From positions 24,986,001 to 25,050,000 of the forward strand of contig NC_087261.1 in assembly GCF_037042905.1 (NCBI RefSeq): 64,000 nucleotides of DNA, in the 5' to 3' direction. Both the position numbers and the translations under genes were made by a program. This document shows, piece after piece, positions 24,261-35,275 of the stretch. Each line of letters starts with the position of its first letter. The stretch's first letter is position 1. Below the pieces are notes generated by a model that saw only the letters and a list, made by a program, of their open reading frames with translations, was not told where the DNA came from and searched no databases. This DNA is from Lytechinus pictus (taxonomy: Eukaryota).

Positions 24261-25081
24261 CCTCAGGCCAACCCCATCAACAAATTATTTGACTTTTTTG
24301 TTTTACAGCGATTGCTTTTTTTTCTTTTTAAGACTTTAATCGTTGAATATAATTTCTTTTTTTCAAAATGTCTTTAGGCATACATCATTTATCCTGTGCA
24401 TATGCGTGCTTGTTTTTTATGCACAGTGATCGACAAAAGAAATTGTTGTATAGAGTTGCAATTTTAGGTCCCAAAGAGGCTAAATTCAAATCTAACATTA
24501 ATTCTTCATTTTAAGTGAAAAGGCATTGACAATTTTGTGGTGGATTTACTGTGACGGATTTGGCTGCAATAAAGTAATAATCCAGAAATTCAAAATGTAA
24601 TTAAAAAAAATCCTCTTTTAAATCCACCCAAATGTTGGCTAATATATTTCTTCAACAGACTATTTAATCGCCAGTAGTTAGAGGTTCCTGTAACAAAAAT
24701 TGCAATTCTTGAATCTTTAACCTGATTTATTGATTTTTTTTTCAAACTTTCAAAAGCGATTATCTCAAAATGAATATTGCGTGGGTTAGCACTATATTGC
24801 ATCGAACCCCTCAAATGTACCTTTTGAAATATAAAAACCCATTATATTAACAGAAATAGTAAGTTTTCATAATTGGGTCAGATTTGATAAACACGCAGCT
24901 TCCTAACCCTTAACCTGATAACCGAAATCCTCTTGTCCGATATGTTTGTTTTCAATTTTATTTTATCACATAATGAAAATGAAATTGACATGCTACTTCT
25001 TTTCTACCATCAACCCTATAGCTTATAACCCTCCTAATAAACACGAATTATTGGTTTTTAAATAATTTTCCCTGCTTGCAG

Positions 25082-25435
25082 AACCTCTCGAAATTCGCTT
25101 CAAAGGTAACCGCGAAAGCAAGGGTCCAGTTGAGATCTTCAATGACGATGACATATGGGTGCCATTGTGCGACGACTACCTGACAGACGCGGATATCAAA
25201 GTTGTGTGTCGGACCCTCGGCTACGCGGGCGGTGTTCGCCAAGCTTCCGATGCCAGTGTTGCCGAAGCCAGTGGAAGCGGCGCCATCGACCTTGACTTTC
25301 CTGATGATAGACGAGTGCCTTCTTTAAAATGCACTGGAAATGAGACGAACCTGGCTTTCTGCCCCTACAAGAATATCGGCATTCACGAGTACTGCGATAT
25401 ATATGAAAGTGTCACAGTCAACTGTAAAGGAAAAG
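25082..25435 (+). CDS. SRCR gene B exon 2: SRCR domain 1 (divergent)
   Basis: ttgcag| ... G|gtagga, 354 nt. Translates EIRFKGNRESKGPVEIF..WVPLCDD..VVCRTLGY..LKCTGNETNLAFC..EYC..VTVNC. Confidence 0.92.
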
Positions 25436-26231
25436 GTAGGATATTTTTTTAATTATTGGTCAGGTAATGATGCTAGTTTATTCAGAACCTGTTTATCTTG
25501 CTTAGTTTCAAATGCAAGGTACTGTGTCATAGGTGTTACAGCATTCCAATAACCGTTCCCGTAAAGATGTCTGTTCGGTGTAAGTTTTCTTTCTTTCTAT
25601 TTCTTTGATCGAATGATTCTTATTATCTGCATTTTAATGAAAACAATGGGCGAGGGGCACTAGCAGCAGGTAGTATCTCATGTGTGAGGGAGGATCTCAC
25701 TGGCAGACACTGTCTATACAATCTGTTAGGTTGTCCCTATCAATATGTTGCCTACTGGAATCAAGATGACCCCTTTATTAAAACATAATATAACTCAGTT
25801 TTGAAGGGTTTATGTACGATATTAACGGTTGGTATATATGAACAGTCATGACATGTTCATCATATATTGTATATGTCATTTATACATTTGTTTCAAATTA
25901 TCTAAAATATGCACGGCATAATGTAAATTAACATATATGATCTAAATCAATGCCTCCTTTCGCCAGAATCCGACTAAACGGATGCAATGTGTTGTTCCAT
26001 TTGCTCCTTTCCTGCAGTCCTCATTGTCATGATTGTTTTGCCTATGTTCACTGTAAGGATTAATAGTCAAAGGTTGCTTCCACGGTTGCTGCGGGAAGAA
26101 AGCTTATCTGACTTTTGACAAGGTTTCTTGTCTGATCCGACTTTATTTCCTATCCAATATCTACTCAAATCTACCATGAACCTACTATGGATGATCTCGT
26201 GAGATCTTATCTTGGATCTTCTTCTTCTTAG

Positions 26232-26540
26232 CAAACGTTCGCTTGCAGGACGGCAACTCCACAGAGGGAAGGGTCGAGCTGTTCCACAAGGGTTCTTGGG
26301 GTACCGTCTGTGTGCATAACTTCGGGATGTCCGAAGCCAACGTCGTTTGCCGAATGCTTGGGTTCGGGTTCGCTGAACGCTACTACGGAGCAGAGAAATT
26401 CGGTGCGGGTACCGGAGACATTGTGATTGGTGGTCTAGATTGCTCGGGAGATGAAGTGAACATTGATCGGTGTTCATCGTCTGCATATGGAGTCGAAAAC
26501 TGCACTCACCAGGATGATGTTGGAGTCAGCTGTGTAGCAC
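26232..26540 (+). CDS. SRCR gene B exon 3: SRCR domain 2
   Basis: ttcttag| ... C|gtaagt, 309 nt; canonical 6-Cys SRCR (VRLQDGNSTEGRVELFHKGSWGTVC...DVGVSC). Confidence 0.95.
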
Positions 26541-27084
26541 GTAAGTATTTCTAAAGTTATAAACACCACAAAAAGCACACTGTAGATATAATATGGGTTA
26601 GGGTTATTACTAGGCTATTACTTTGTAACATGAAATTCTATTTCGATTTCGAATCTGAAATACGAGTAATTAATGCAACTCCACAGACCAAGACCGTTGT
26701 GAAACCAATTCAGAGACAATTGAATTATGCTGTTTAGTCTCCGAAAGACATAAACAACTCGATGTGGCCTTGACAGAACATAGAAAATGTTAAAAGTGAA
26801 TCAGAACTTCAGGAGCGTGCCTTGTCAGGGGCCCCATTACATGATACAAACATGGTAAAGAAGGTCCATTTTCCACTTTGATGGATTTAGCATTCAGCAC
26901 GGACCGTGGCCCAAAGTGTTATGTGGGTTTGACACTCTTAGACCTTGAAGCGCCTTTTGTTTCTACGTCGTACGTATACCGCGGTGGTAGACTGGTAATA
27001 TATACACTTTATACTGATATATATATATATATATATACATGTATATATATATAAATATACATAATATTGAAACAAATGAGAAAT

Positions 27085-27783
27085 CCGGGGGGGGGGGGGC
27101 AGTAAAATTTATTGCTGTACACATGCGTGGCAAAGAAAACAAAAACTCGTTTAAAGGTTTTGGACGCGGACTGCGCGTGCACTCGTTAAGAGTATCGAAA
27201 ACATCGATTTTTTAAAAGTGGTTTTGAAGGAGTGGTCAATGGTCAACCGCGGGGTCAAACTTATTTAGGGTATTTTTTTCATTTTTTTTTAAAGACTAGC
27301 CAAACGTGTTTAGGGTATGTTTTTCCCCAAGCTTTTTCCCCCGGGGCTTTTTTATCCTCGTTTCTGAAAAGTGTTCGGGTTCTTCCCGATTGTAAGCAAC
27401 GACCCTGGGTACGGGCCTGGGAAAAGGAAAAACGATTATTGTTCAGGGGCCGCGGAAGGGGGGGAGCTTGAACCCCTCCCCCACTCTTTTCCAAAACCAT
27501 GTACAAAAACGTAAAAATAACCATATGATTGTGATTTTTTGCATGGTCAGCCCCCCCCCCCCCCCACTTTGAAAACCGTTCTGCGGCCCCTGTTGTTAGC
27601 AAGAAGACGATACTTGTTTAGGGGTCATATTTTGGCGACAACTTTTTTAGGGCCCAAAATGTGTAAAAGAAGCCCGCGAAAAACTTGTTAAGGGGGTTAT
27701 TTTACACAGAGAAAAACTCGTTTAGGGGGTGTTTGGAAATAATTTGGTCACGCATGTGTACAGCAATACATTTGACCCCCCGG
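27085..27783. mobile_element. Non-autonomous TIR element with an 8-bp TSD, containing a nested CAGGGG-TIR mini-element (27444-27592)
   Basis: ccggggg..tattgctgtacacatgcgtg / cacgcatgtgtacagcaata..cccccgg; TSD tgagaaat on both sides; inner caggggccgcggaa / ttctgcggcccctg. Confidence 0.85.
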
Positions 27784-28109
27784 TGAGAAATGAATGCATG
27801 TATTCAGGCTTGTATTAGCTCGGATCCAACTACTGCACGCGGCTAATCATTGTTCATAAACTCATCTGCACCAAGGACAAGATAATCATAAAAAGGTTGG
27901 TAATTTGCCTGCCGGTCAGTTGAACTCTGCGTCGCCTAACTCCTGGCACGCCTCCGAGGTCTAGTGCTTAAGGCATTGGCGTTCAGGGCCAACACTCTCT
28001 TTCGGATGTATATGTTCCTTTGGAATACTCGTTATTGCTTCAAAAATACGTGAACGCAATGTTCACTCTTTTTAGCCAATGATCACGATCATTCTTGTCA
28101 TCATTTCAG

Positions 28110-28424
28110 TTCCTGTTCGCCTTGAAGACGGGTCTTCACCCAATGAGGGTCGCGTTGAGGTGTACTACAACGGTGCATGGGGTACTGTTTGCGACGATGA
28201 ATGGGATACGGAAAACGCCCAAGTCGTCTGCCGAATGATCGGCTATCAGGGGGTCATCAGGTCGTACAGTAGGGCGTTTTTCGGTGAAGGGCAGGGCGAT
28301 ATCGTCCTCGACAACTCCCAGTGCAGCGGAGATGAAAGGCACATCGCTCTCTGCGGAAATCCGAAATATTTGAGTCATAACTGTGGACATCATGAAGACG
28401 CCGGTGTAGTCTGCTCTGGACCAG
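28110..28424 (+). CDS. SRCR gene B exon 4: SRCR domain 3
   Basis: tttcag| ... G|gtacct, 315 nt; VRLEDGSSPNEGRVEVYYNGAWGTVCDDEWD...CGHHEDAGVVC. Confidence 0.95.
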
Positions 28425-29339
28425 GTACCTAAATATTTTGATTTCATCATTTTTCGATATATAAAAATATAATTCTAATTATGTTCGACACCATATTGAG
28501 TATTGATTTCCAAAGATGAGAAGACATCTAGCGATTAAAAGTTATTGAATGAACAGATGAATAAATTAAACATATAACGGTAAAGAAGTTTACAAGAGCA
28601 AACGATGTACACAATAAAACACAAACAGCATGAACAGTTAGTAGATTCTCGGAGAATCATTAAGTAAGTGAATAATAAAATGAAATAGTTAACGCAAAGC
28701 AAAACTGTTTCTGTTTATGGTAACTCCCGTAGGAACTCGGCAGGACAGCTTTGCTGATAAACGACAAGCTATACTAACGTTTACACCTATATTAATTGTA
28801 ATAATGTATTATTCCCGCTTCGGCACAATTTTTTTTAATATTAATTCATATAATTGTATTCATTGAAATTATTTTATTGGCATTGTGAATACTGATTACT
28901 TACACATCCGCATTTTTGTCAGAATTCTCCATGTTTGATTGTTCAATTACACCTTCAAAATGATCTTTTAAAGTGTGTGCTCTCTCATTGACTGTGTGTT
29001 ATAAATATGTAGTCTCAAAATATACGTTTTCAGATATGCACTGATACTACAGAAAATAAATTGACACATAATTGCATTTGTGTAGAGAGAAATTAAAATG
29101 TTCTGAGAGGAAAAGTAATTGTTTTGCTACTTGGTAACATAATTATTGCGGTGTAAATTATCGTTCAAGTGGGTCTATATTACTAGACCACACTAGCATT
29201 ATGGGTCAGAAAACTGGCCAGGTATGAGTAGTTGAGGACTCAATGTGGCGCTATTGGTTCGTATCTGCTTTAATACCATGCTTTGTAAAATCGCCTATGG
29301 TATTGAAAAGGTGGGATAGGGAAGGGTGACTGACACCAG

Positions 29340-29455
29340 GGGCCCGTTGCAGAAAGAGTTGCGTTTAAACGCAAGTCAAAAAATCAATCGCAAGTCCCAA
29401 ATGCGCGCTGTTTTTTAAAGTTGCGATTGATTGCAACTTTTTTTGCAACGGGCCC
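29340..29455. mobile_element. Harbinger-like MITE, CAG TSD
   Basis: cag|gggcccgttgca ... tgcaacgggccc|cag. Confidence 0.85.
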
Positions 29456-29509
29456 CAGTTCAGGGAGAGTTTAGTTTATGACACATACATTGTAACGTTA
29501 AAACCACAG

Positions 29510-29836
29510 CTACAGCGAATATACGACTTGTTGATGGGCCTGATCCTAGCCAGGGTCGTCTCGAACTGTACCTGTTGGGGGCCTGGGGCACTGCCTGCCG
29601 GAAAGACTGGACACACATCGACTCTTCCGTGGCGTGTCGCAAGCTTGGCTACTTCGGTGCTGCGGATACCTTATCGCCACCAACTACCTATGGGAATGGG
29701 ACGGGAATGGTGTTGCTACGGGAACCCCGCTGCAAGGGCAAGGAAGCAGATCTCTTGCAGTGTAATGTTTCTTACCCCATAGGCGTCACCGACTGCACGC
29801 ATGATGATGATGTTTGGATTAGCTGTCTGCAAAAAG
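29510..29836 (+). CDS. SRCR gene B exon 5: SRCR domain 4
   Basis: Acceptor cacag| (an alternative in-frame tacag| gives start 29516), donor G|gtaaaa; IRLVDGPDPSQGRLEL..WGTAC..VACRKLGY..CTHDDDVWISC. Confidence 0.9.
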
Positions 29837-30246
29837 GTAAAACATGCATTTGATCTGTTAACATCCTTAGTCATTTGGCGCAGGGAAATTGAGCAAAGGA
29901 CCCAAGTTGTCAAAGTACATGCAGCTAGATGTAAAGCCAAAAACTGAAACAAAGTATAAAGATATTTTGGGGCCTGCCTTTTGGGGGTTTTAGTCGCATT
30001 TCGGTGTCTTTCGTCGCAGTATCTGTCTGCAAAAAGGTAATACATGTATTTGATCTTTAATGTTGTTTTTGTTCCTTCGGCGCCTAGAAGTTGATGGAAG
30101 GACTCAAGATGTCAAATTAGCAATATAGATTTGTTTAAAGACACATGTGGTAGTTCCTTCTGAATTTTTGTTGGGGGTGTTATTCCGATGTCTTTCGCCT
30201 CAGTGACAGACGTTCGTGTTTAAGCACTGTCCTTCCAATGCCACAG

Positions 30247-30573
30247 AAAACCTTGAAGTACGTCTTGTCGGCGGACCTGCTCCTGATGAAGGACGTGTCG
30301 AGGTGCAACACCGGGGCCATTGGGGGACCGTTTGTGATGACAACTGGGATATCCTGGACTCGCACGTCGTGTGCAGGATGCTCGGCTTCAGTGCCGCAAG
30401 GGACTACTCTTGCTGCGGACGTTACGGTAGGGGTTCAGAGTACATGTACATTCTCTTGGATGAAGTGCAGTGCAGCGGAACAGAAGAGAACCTTGGACAC
30501 TGCATGCGGCAGGACTACGGGGCCCACGACTGCGACCATTCGGAGGATGTTGGGGTTTCCTGTATAAGTTATG
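30247..30573 (+). CDS. SRCR gene B exon 6: SRCR domain 5
   Basis: ccacag| ... G|gttagt, 327 nt; VRLVGGPAPDEGRVEV..WGTVCDDNWD..YSCCG..CDHSEDVGVSC. Confidence 0.95.
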
Positions 30574-30971
30574 GTTAGTTTTGGTTACCCTGGCGGCATA
30601 GAAAGTATTATGATAACTCATGTAACTAGTGGTATAAGAAGTAGTGCAGTACCAAGCAGTATATAGTAGTAGTAGTAGTAGTATGGGTAGTAGTAATAGT
30701 AGTATCAGTCCGCAGCAGTATTTTCTGAAGTTGTTATTATTTATGTAGTTGCTCTGATTATTATCATTATTATCATTATTGGGTTTTTTTTTATTATCAT
30801 CATTATTATTTTTGTAATCGTTATCGTTATAATTGTTTTAAGTATAATTATACCATCATTATTATCATCATGTGCAGCAGTCAAAAAAAGTAGTGATGGA
30901 GTAGAGTTGTTATAGAAGTATTAAAACGTTATTTTTTCTACATTATATCCTTCTTTTTTTTCTTTTTTTAG

Positions 30972-31064
30972 AATCGACCACCTCCTTACAAGATGTCCAA
31001 AGTACGCCTACATCTGAACCTCGCGTGAGCGAACACTCGACGGCCCTATCGTCAACGTTGATAG
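30972..31064 (+). CDS. SRCR gene B exon 7: Ser/Thr-rich stalk (ESTTSLQDVQSTPTSEPRVSEHSTALSSTLI)
   Basis: Long polypyrimidine tract + ag|, donor G|gtaata, 93 nt, phase 1-1, open frame. Confidence 0.85.
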
Positions 31065-31272
31065 GTAATATACCTTAATTACTAATATTTCGAAGTCTTC
31101 TCGCAATTATGTTTGGCATGGATAAATAACATCGTGAATAAAGCACACGACAATTGCAAATGGTGATACCCATTTTCCCCCATATTGTTAGCTAGGGGTG
31201 GATTATGGATCTCAGAAGAAGTTAGGGGAACACATTTTGTTATTATTGACAGGCAAGCTCACGACCTCTACA

Positions 31273-31516
31273 CACTGCAAAAACTCCGGTGTTGATTTAA
31301 AACCAGCCCGGAATCTATATATATGTCCATAACAGAGAAGTATTAAAACAACGCCAGTTTGGAATCAAACCAATGCTGTTTTAATACTAATTGGTGTTGT
31401 ATAAACACCTTTCTGGTGTTAGACCAAAACGAAACTGATGTTGTTTGACACTTCTCTGGTGTGGACATATATAGATTCCGGGCTGGTGTTTAATCAACAC
31501 CGGAGTTTTTGCAGTG
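31273..31516. mobile_element. CACTG-ended MITE (EnSpm/CACTA-like), 2-bp TSD CA
   Basis: ~55-bp TIRs cactgcaaaaactccggtgttg... / ...caacaccggagtttttgcagtg. Confidence 0.85.
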
Positions 31517-31880
31517 CATGGATCAACCCCCCTCCCCTCCCCCCCAAAAAACAGAATTGAAGATCACGTAGAAAAAAATACTTCTATTCATTAAACATGT
31601 AAAAGGGGGCAAGTAATGGCCACACGCTCCCTTTTCTACCATTCTTGGATTCGCACCTGCATTTAGTCCAGGAAGATCCATGCAATTCTGCTTTCAAATT
31701 CCAATCTATTAGTGGGATCCGGATCATCATTGCCAGTGTTATTATAATGATAATCATTATAACCGGTATTATAATTCACCATTATCGGTGGTATGGTTAT
31801 TTGGGCGGGTCATTATCATTAACTTTACTACAACTTGTGCTATCACATCGCGATATCGCGTCAGGTCTTGTAATTGCGTA

Positions 31881-32139
31881 CACTGCAAAAAACACGAGTG
31901 TTAATTTAATACAGCCCAGAATCTATATAAGTCCACAGTTTTAAAATGTTAAAGTGTTATAAGTGTTAAACTACACCAATTTGGTTTTGGTCTAACACCA
32001 AATAGGTGTTTATACAATACCAAATAGTGTTAAAACAGCATCGGTTTGATTCTAAACTGGTGTTGTTTCAATACTTTTTTGGTGTGGACATATATAGATT
32101 CCGGGCTGGTGTTATATCAACGCCTGAGTTTTTGCTGTG
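31881..32139. mobile_element. Second copy of the same CACTG MITE, opposite orientation, TSD TA
   Basis: ta|cactgcaaaaa ... tttttgctgtg|ta; interior is inverted relative to the 31273 copy. Confidence 0.8.
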
Positions 32140-32813
32140 TAACACGCCCATTGAAGAAAAGGTCCTCCGAAAGACCCCAAAACGTCGGGCTCTGTTTATC
32201 CTACCCTTTGTATATTGGGCCTATAGTTTTCACGAAGCATCTGGTAAATTGGACAAGACCTTTCAGGATTTTCTGGGGCCACTTTCTCGAATGGTCGGGT
32301 TACACATTCACCTGACCTTACGCAATAACCCGATAATCATGATAGTGATGGCTCAAGCTCATTATTACTAGTATTACATGTATTTCTATAATCATTATCA
32401 TTACTTGGTATATCATGGACCCAGTAAATAATACCAAAACCGAACATTAGTTGGGAATCGTAATCATGTTGATAATGTGGTGATGTTGTTCCCAACAACA
32501 AAATAATGATATGTGGGCATTCTTTTATCAATTCGTGATGACTTTCTCAAGCTAGTAGTTTTCTTCTTACCCCCTCCCCCCCCCCCTTCCACCATTATAT
32601 TCTGTAGGTCACTTTATTTGGGTTACCGTTGCACATTTTGAATATCACCATCGTAATTTGAGATTTGTTCTCAGATTTGGAACTCTTTATTTCGTCGAAA
32701 AAAAAATTCATTGTAAATCAATTAGGATCCTATTTCAGAGAATATTAAGGAAATTCTTCTTCCTGCACATTCAATCATTTTTAAATAAGCATTCCTATTT
32801 TTATTTCATCTAG

Positions 32814-32895
32814 GTACTGTTGTATTATTTTTATTGCTTTTCCTGATTGCCCTCGCTGGTTTGGTCTATGAAAGGTCCAGAGAATTACATTACAA
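32814..32895 (+). CDS. SRCR gene B exon 8: transmembrane helix (GTVVLFLLLFLIALAGLVY-ERSRELHY)
   Basis: tttcatctag| ... AA|gtaaga, phase 1-2; hydrophobic run of ~19 residues. Confidence 0.85.
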
Positions 32896-33331
32896 GTAAG
32901 ATTCATTTTTAACTTCCTTATTATGCCATCGTACTAATTTATCAACCATACCATTGATTCGTTGTATTTCCAGAATCTAGAAAAACGTGATCATTGTAAA
33001 GGCATTAGGGACAATACTTCGTTCGTATCTCGCTTGAGTATTTACGATAAAATTGTAGACTGAACGCAACATTTGTTCTTTCTAAAAAAATCCTCATGTT
33101 ATCAAACTAATTCACGAATGATTCAATATATTCTTTTTAAAGTGGACGCGCCTCTATATGAGAATTTATGTTCAAGTCTCTTGCATCTTTCGATACCAAG
33201 TTTATGAAAATCGAACAGGGTGTCACAAGGTCACTGCACCCTTTGTTACCACATTTATGATAAATATTACCAAGACGCAAATTTTCATCGGTTGAGACTG
33301 CCAACTTCACACCCTAAGTTATAAGAATAAT

Positions 33332-33801
33332 GGGCACATGAGAGTAATTCATCTGCGCGCAAAGCATGTCGGACAGGCGTAAGTAAAGATCACATGACTT
33401 TATTGATTAAAATAATTCATTAAAAATAGATCAAATGTTTGTATATCAAAAGAAGAACGATAGAGATAATGCTATGTTCATACTCTTTCATAATTAAGGC
33501 GTTTGGGGAGGCTAGACTGTATTTTTGTCTTTCATTTTAAGTATTATTACCCATAATGCAGTTCTGTTTTTTCTGGCAATGAACTGGCCGAAATTATGGT
33601 TAGTCTTATTTCAGGCCATTTAACTTTTGATTGAGCTGGGCAAGTACCTGATTAACATATCAAGTCTTAATGTACTGTTAATTGTGACTAATGTCAGTGA
33701 ATTAAAGCAAAATCTATCGAGGGATTGATTTTTGATGATTTTTTGATGAGCTATGATATAACACGTGAATGAATGGGGGTCTGTAATACTCATGTGTGCC
33801 C
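33332..33801. mobile_element. GGGCACATGAG-TIR MITE
   Basis: Inverted ends; nearly identical to 34806-35275. Confidence 0.85.
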
Positions 33802-34152
33802 TATAGCGCGACTACACTTCTACACTGTCGTTGCTATGGCTGGGCGTCGTCTGCTAGAAATCAGTGGTGAGAATGCTTCAAACAGTTTTATACAAAGTGA
33901 TAGGTTATGTTTAACAGCAGTTGATAAGTATATAACTCGGCATTTGGTGCATTTATCGCTTACGATGCTGAAATGACGCTTTCAAATGTATATTCAATGC
34001 CTATTATCATTTATCATGCAGAAATGCGAGTTTCTACTGCCAATAGGAGATCAGATCTGGTTGGTTTGAGAGTGTGAAATTAAATAAGTAGGGATTTCAA
34101 AATGATACATAACTTCTAATTATCATCAAGGATTCCTATTTTCAATATTTAG

Positions 34153-34206
34153 AGCACGCCGAGAAAGAAAGATGAACAAAACATTAAAATACATAAACTT
34201 GTCTCA
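34153..34206 (+). CDS. Candidate juxtamembrane cassette exon of gene B (KARRERKMNKTLKYINLSQ)
   Basis: tttag| acceptor, 54 nt, phase 2-2, open and basic-rich; the donor CA|gtcaga is weak. Confidence 0.4.
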
Positions 34207-34805
34207 GTCAGATGTTATACATCATAGATTGCGCACTTGAATACTATTCACTTCGTTGAAAGCTACGCGGGGGGGGGGGGCGAGCTGAGTCGGGGTACAT
34301 ACCCCATCCTCCTAGCTTGTACGCAGGGCGGGGTTGATGGTATATGTCTATAGCACCCCCCCCCCCCAACTTGTGAGTTATAATGAGGAAGAGAGGCGAT
34401 ATGAGCACAATAATTGCTTACACTATTTGTTTGTTATCAATTTTCTTTTATTTACTTTGTTTATTTGTATGCGAATAAAAAAGGTAATAAATCACTTCGA
34501 ACAAAATTAAACATGCTAACAAGAAGTTGTAACTCCACACAATATATATTTTAGCCCATTGATTGACATCAAACAAGTAGAACTTGTAGCTGCAATACCA
34601 TAGCCTATAGGAAGCGCACAAAATATATGAATGGAACACTGTATTTTTACATTAAAATCAGGGGCGTCTAATGAGACGTTTTCTTTTCTTTTAACACGTT
34701 TAGTCAGATTAGGTATTGACTGCAAGGTATCAATCTCTTCAGGAGAACCCACTCTTTCTTTTGAGAGCATTATTTTCAACTTTTTGTCATTTGACCCTCA
34801 GTATA

Positions 34806-35275
34806 GGGCACATGAGAGTAATTCATCTGCGCGCAAAGCATGTCGGACAGGCGTAAGTAAAGATCACATGACTTTATTGATTAAAATAATTCATTAAAAA
34901 TAGATCAAATGTTTGTATATCAAAAGAAGAACGATAGAGATAATGCTATGTTCATACTTTTTCATAATTAAGGCGTTTGGGGAGGCTAGACTGCATTTTT
35001 GTCTTTCATTTTAATTATTATTACCCACAATGCAGTTCTGTTTTTTCTGGCAATGAACTGGCCGAAATTATGGTTAGTCTTATTTCAGGCCATTTAACTT
35101 TTGATTGAGCTGGGCAAGTACCTGATTAACATATCAAGTCTTAATGTACTGTTAATTGTGACTAATGTCAGTGAATTAAAGCAAAATCTATCGAGGGATT
35201 GATTTTTGATGATTTTTTGATGAGCTATGATATAACACGTGAGTGAATGGGGGTCTGTAATACTCATGTGTGCCC
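34806..35275. mobile_element. GGGCACATGAG-TIR MITE
   Basis: ta|gggcacatgag ... ctcatgtgtgccc|ta. Confidence 0.85.

Noticed and set aside
22669-24377. ORFs 22669-22929 (NGRG repeats) and 24021-24377 (LPLP/TSAIF repeats)
   Set aside because: They are translations of the 15-bp foldback subrepeats.
30020-30036. Micro-exon using the duplicated donor
   Set aside because: 17 nt would shift the frame; better explained as a duplication scar.
34022-34059. Extra small exon (also 32974 onward)
   Set aside because: In the phase set by the TM exon, both hit a stop within a few codons.
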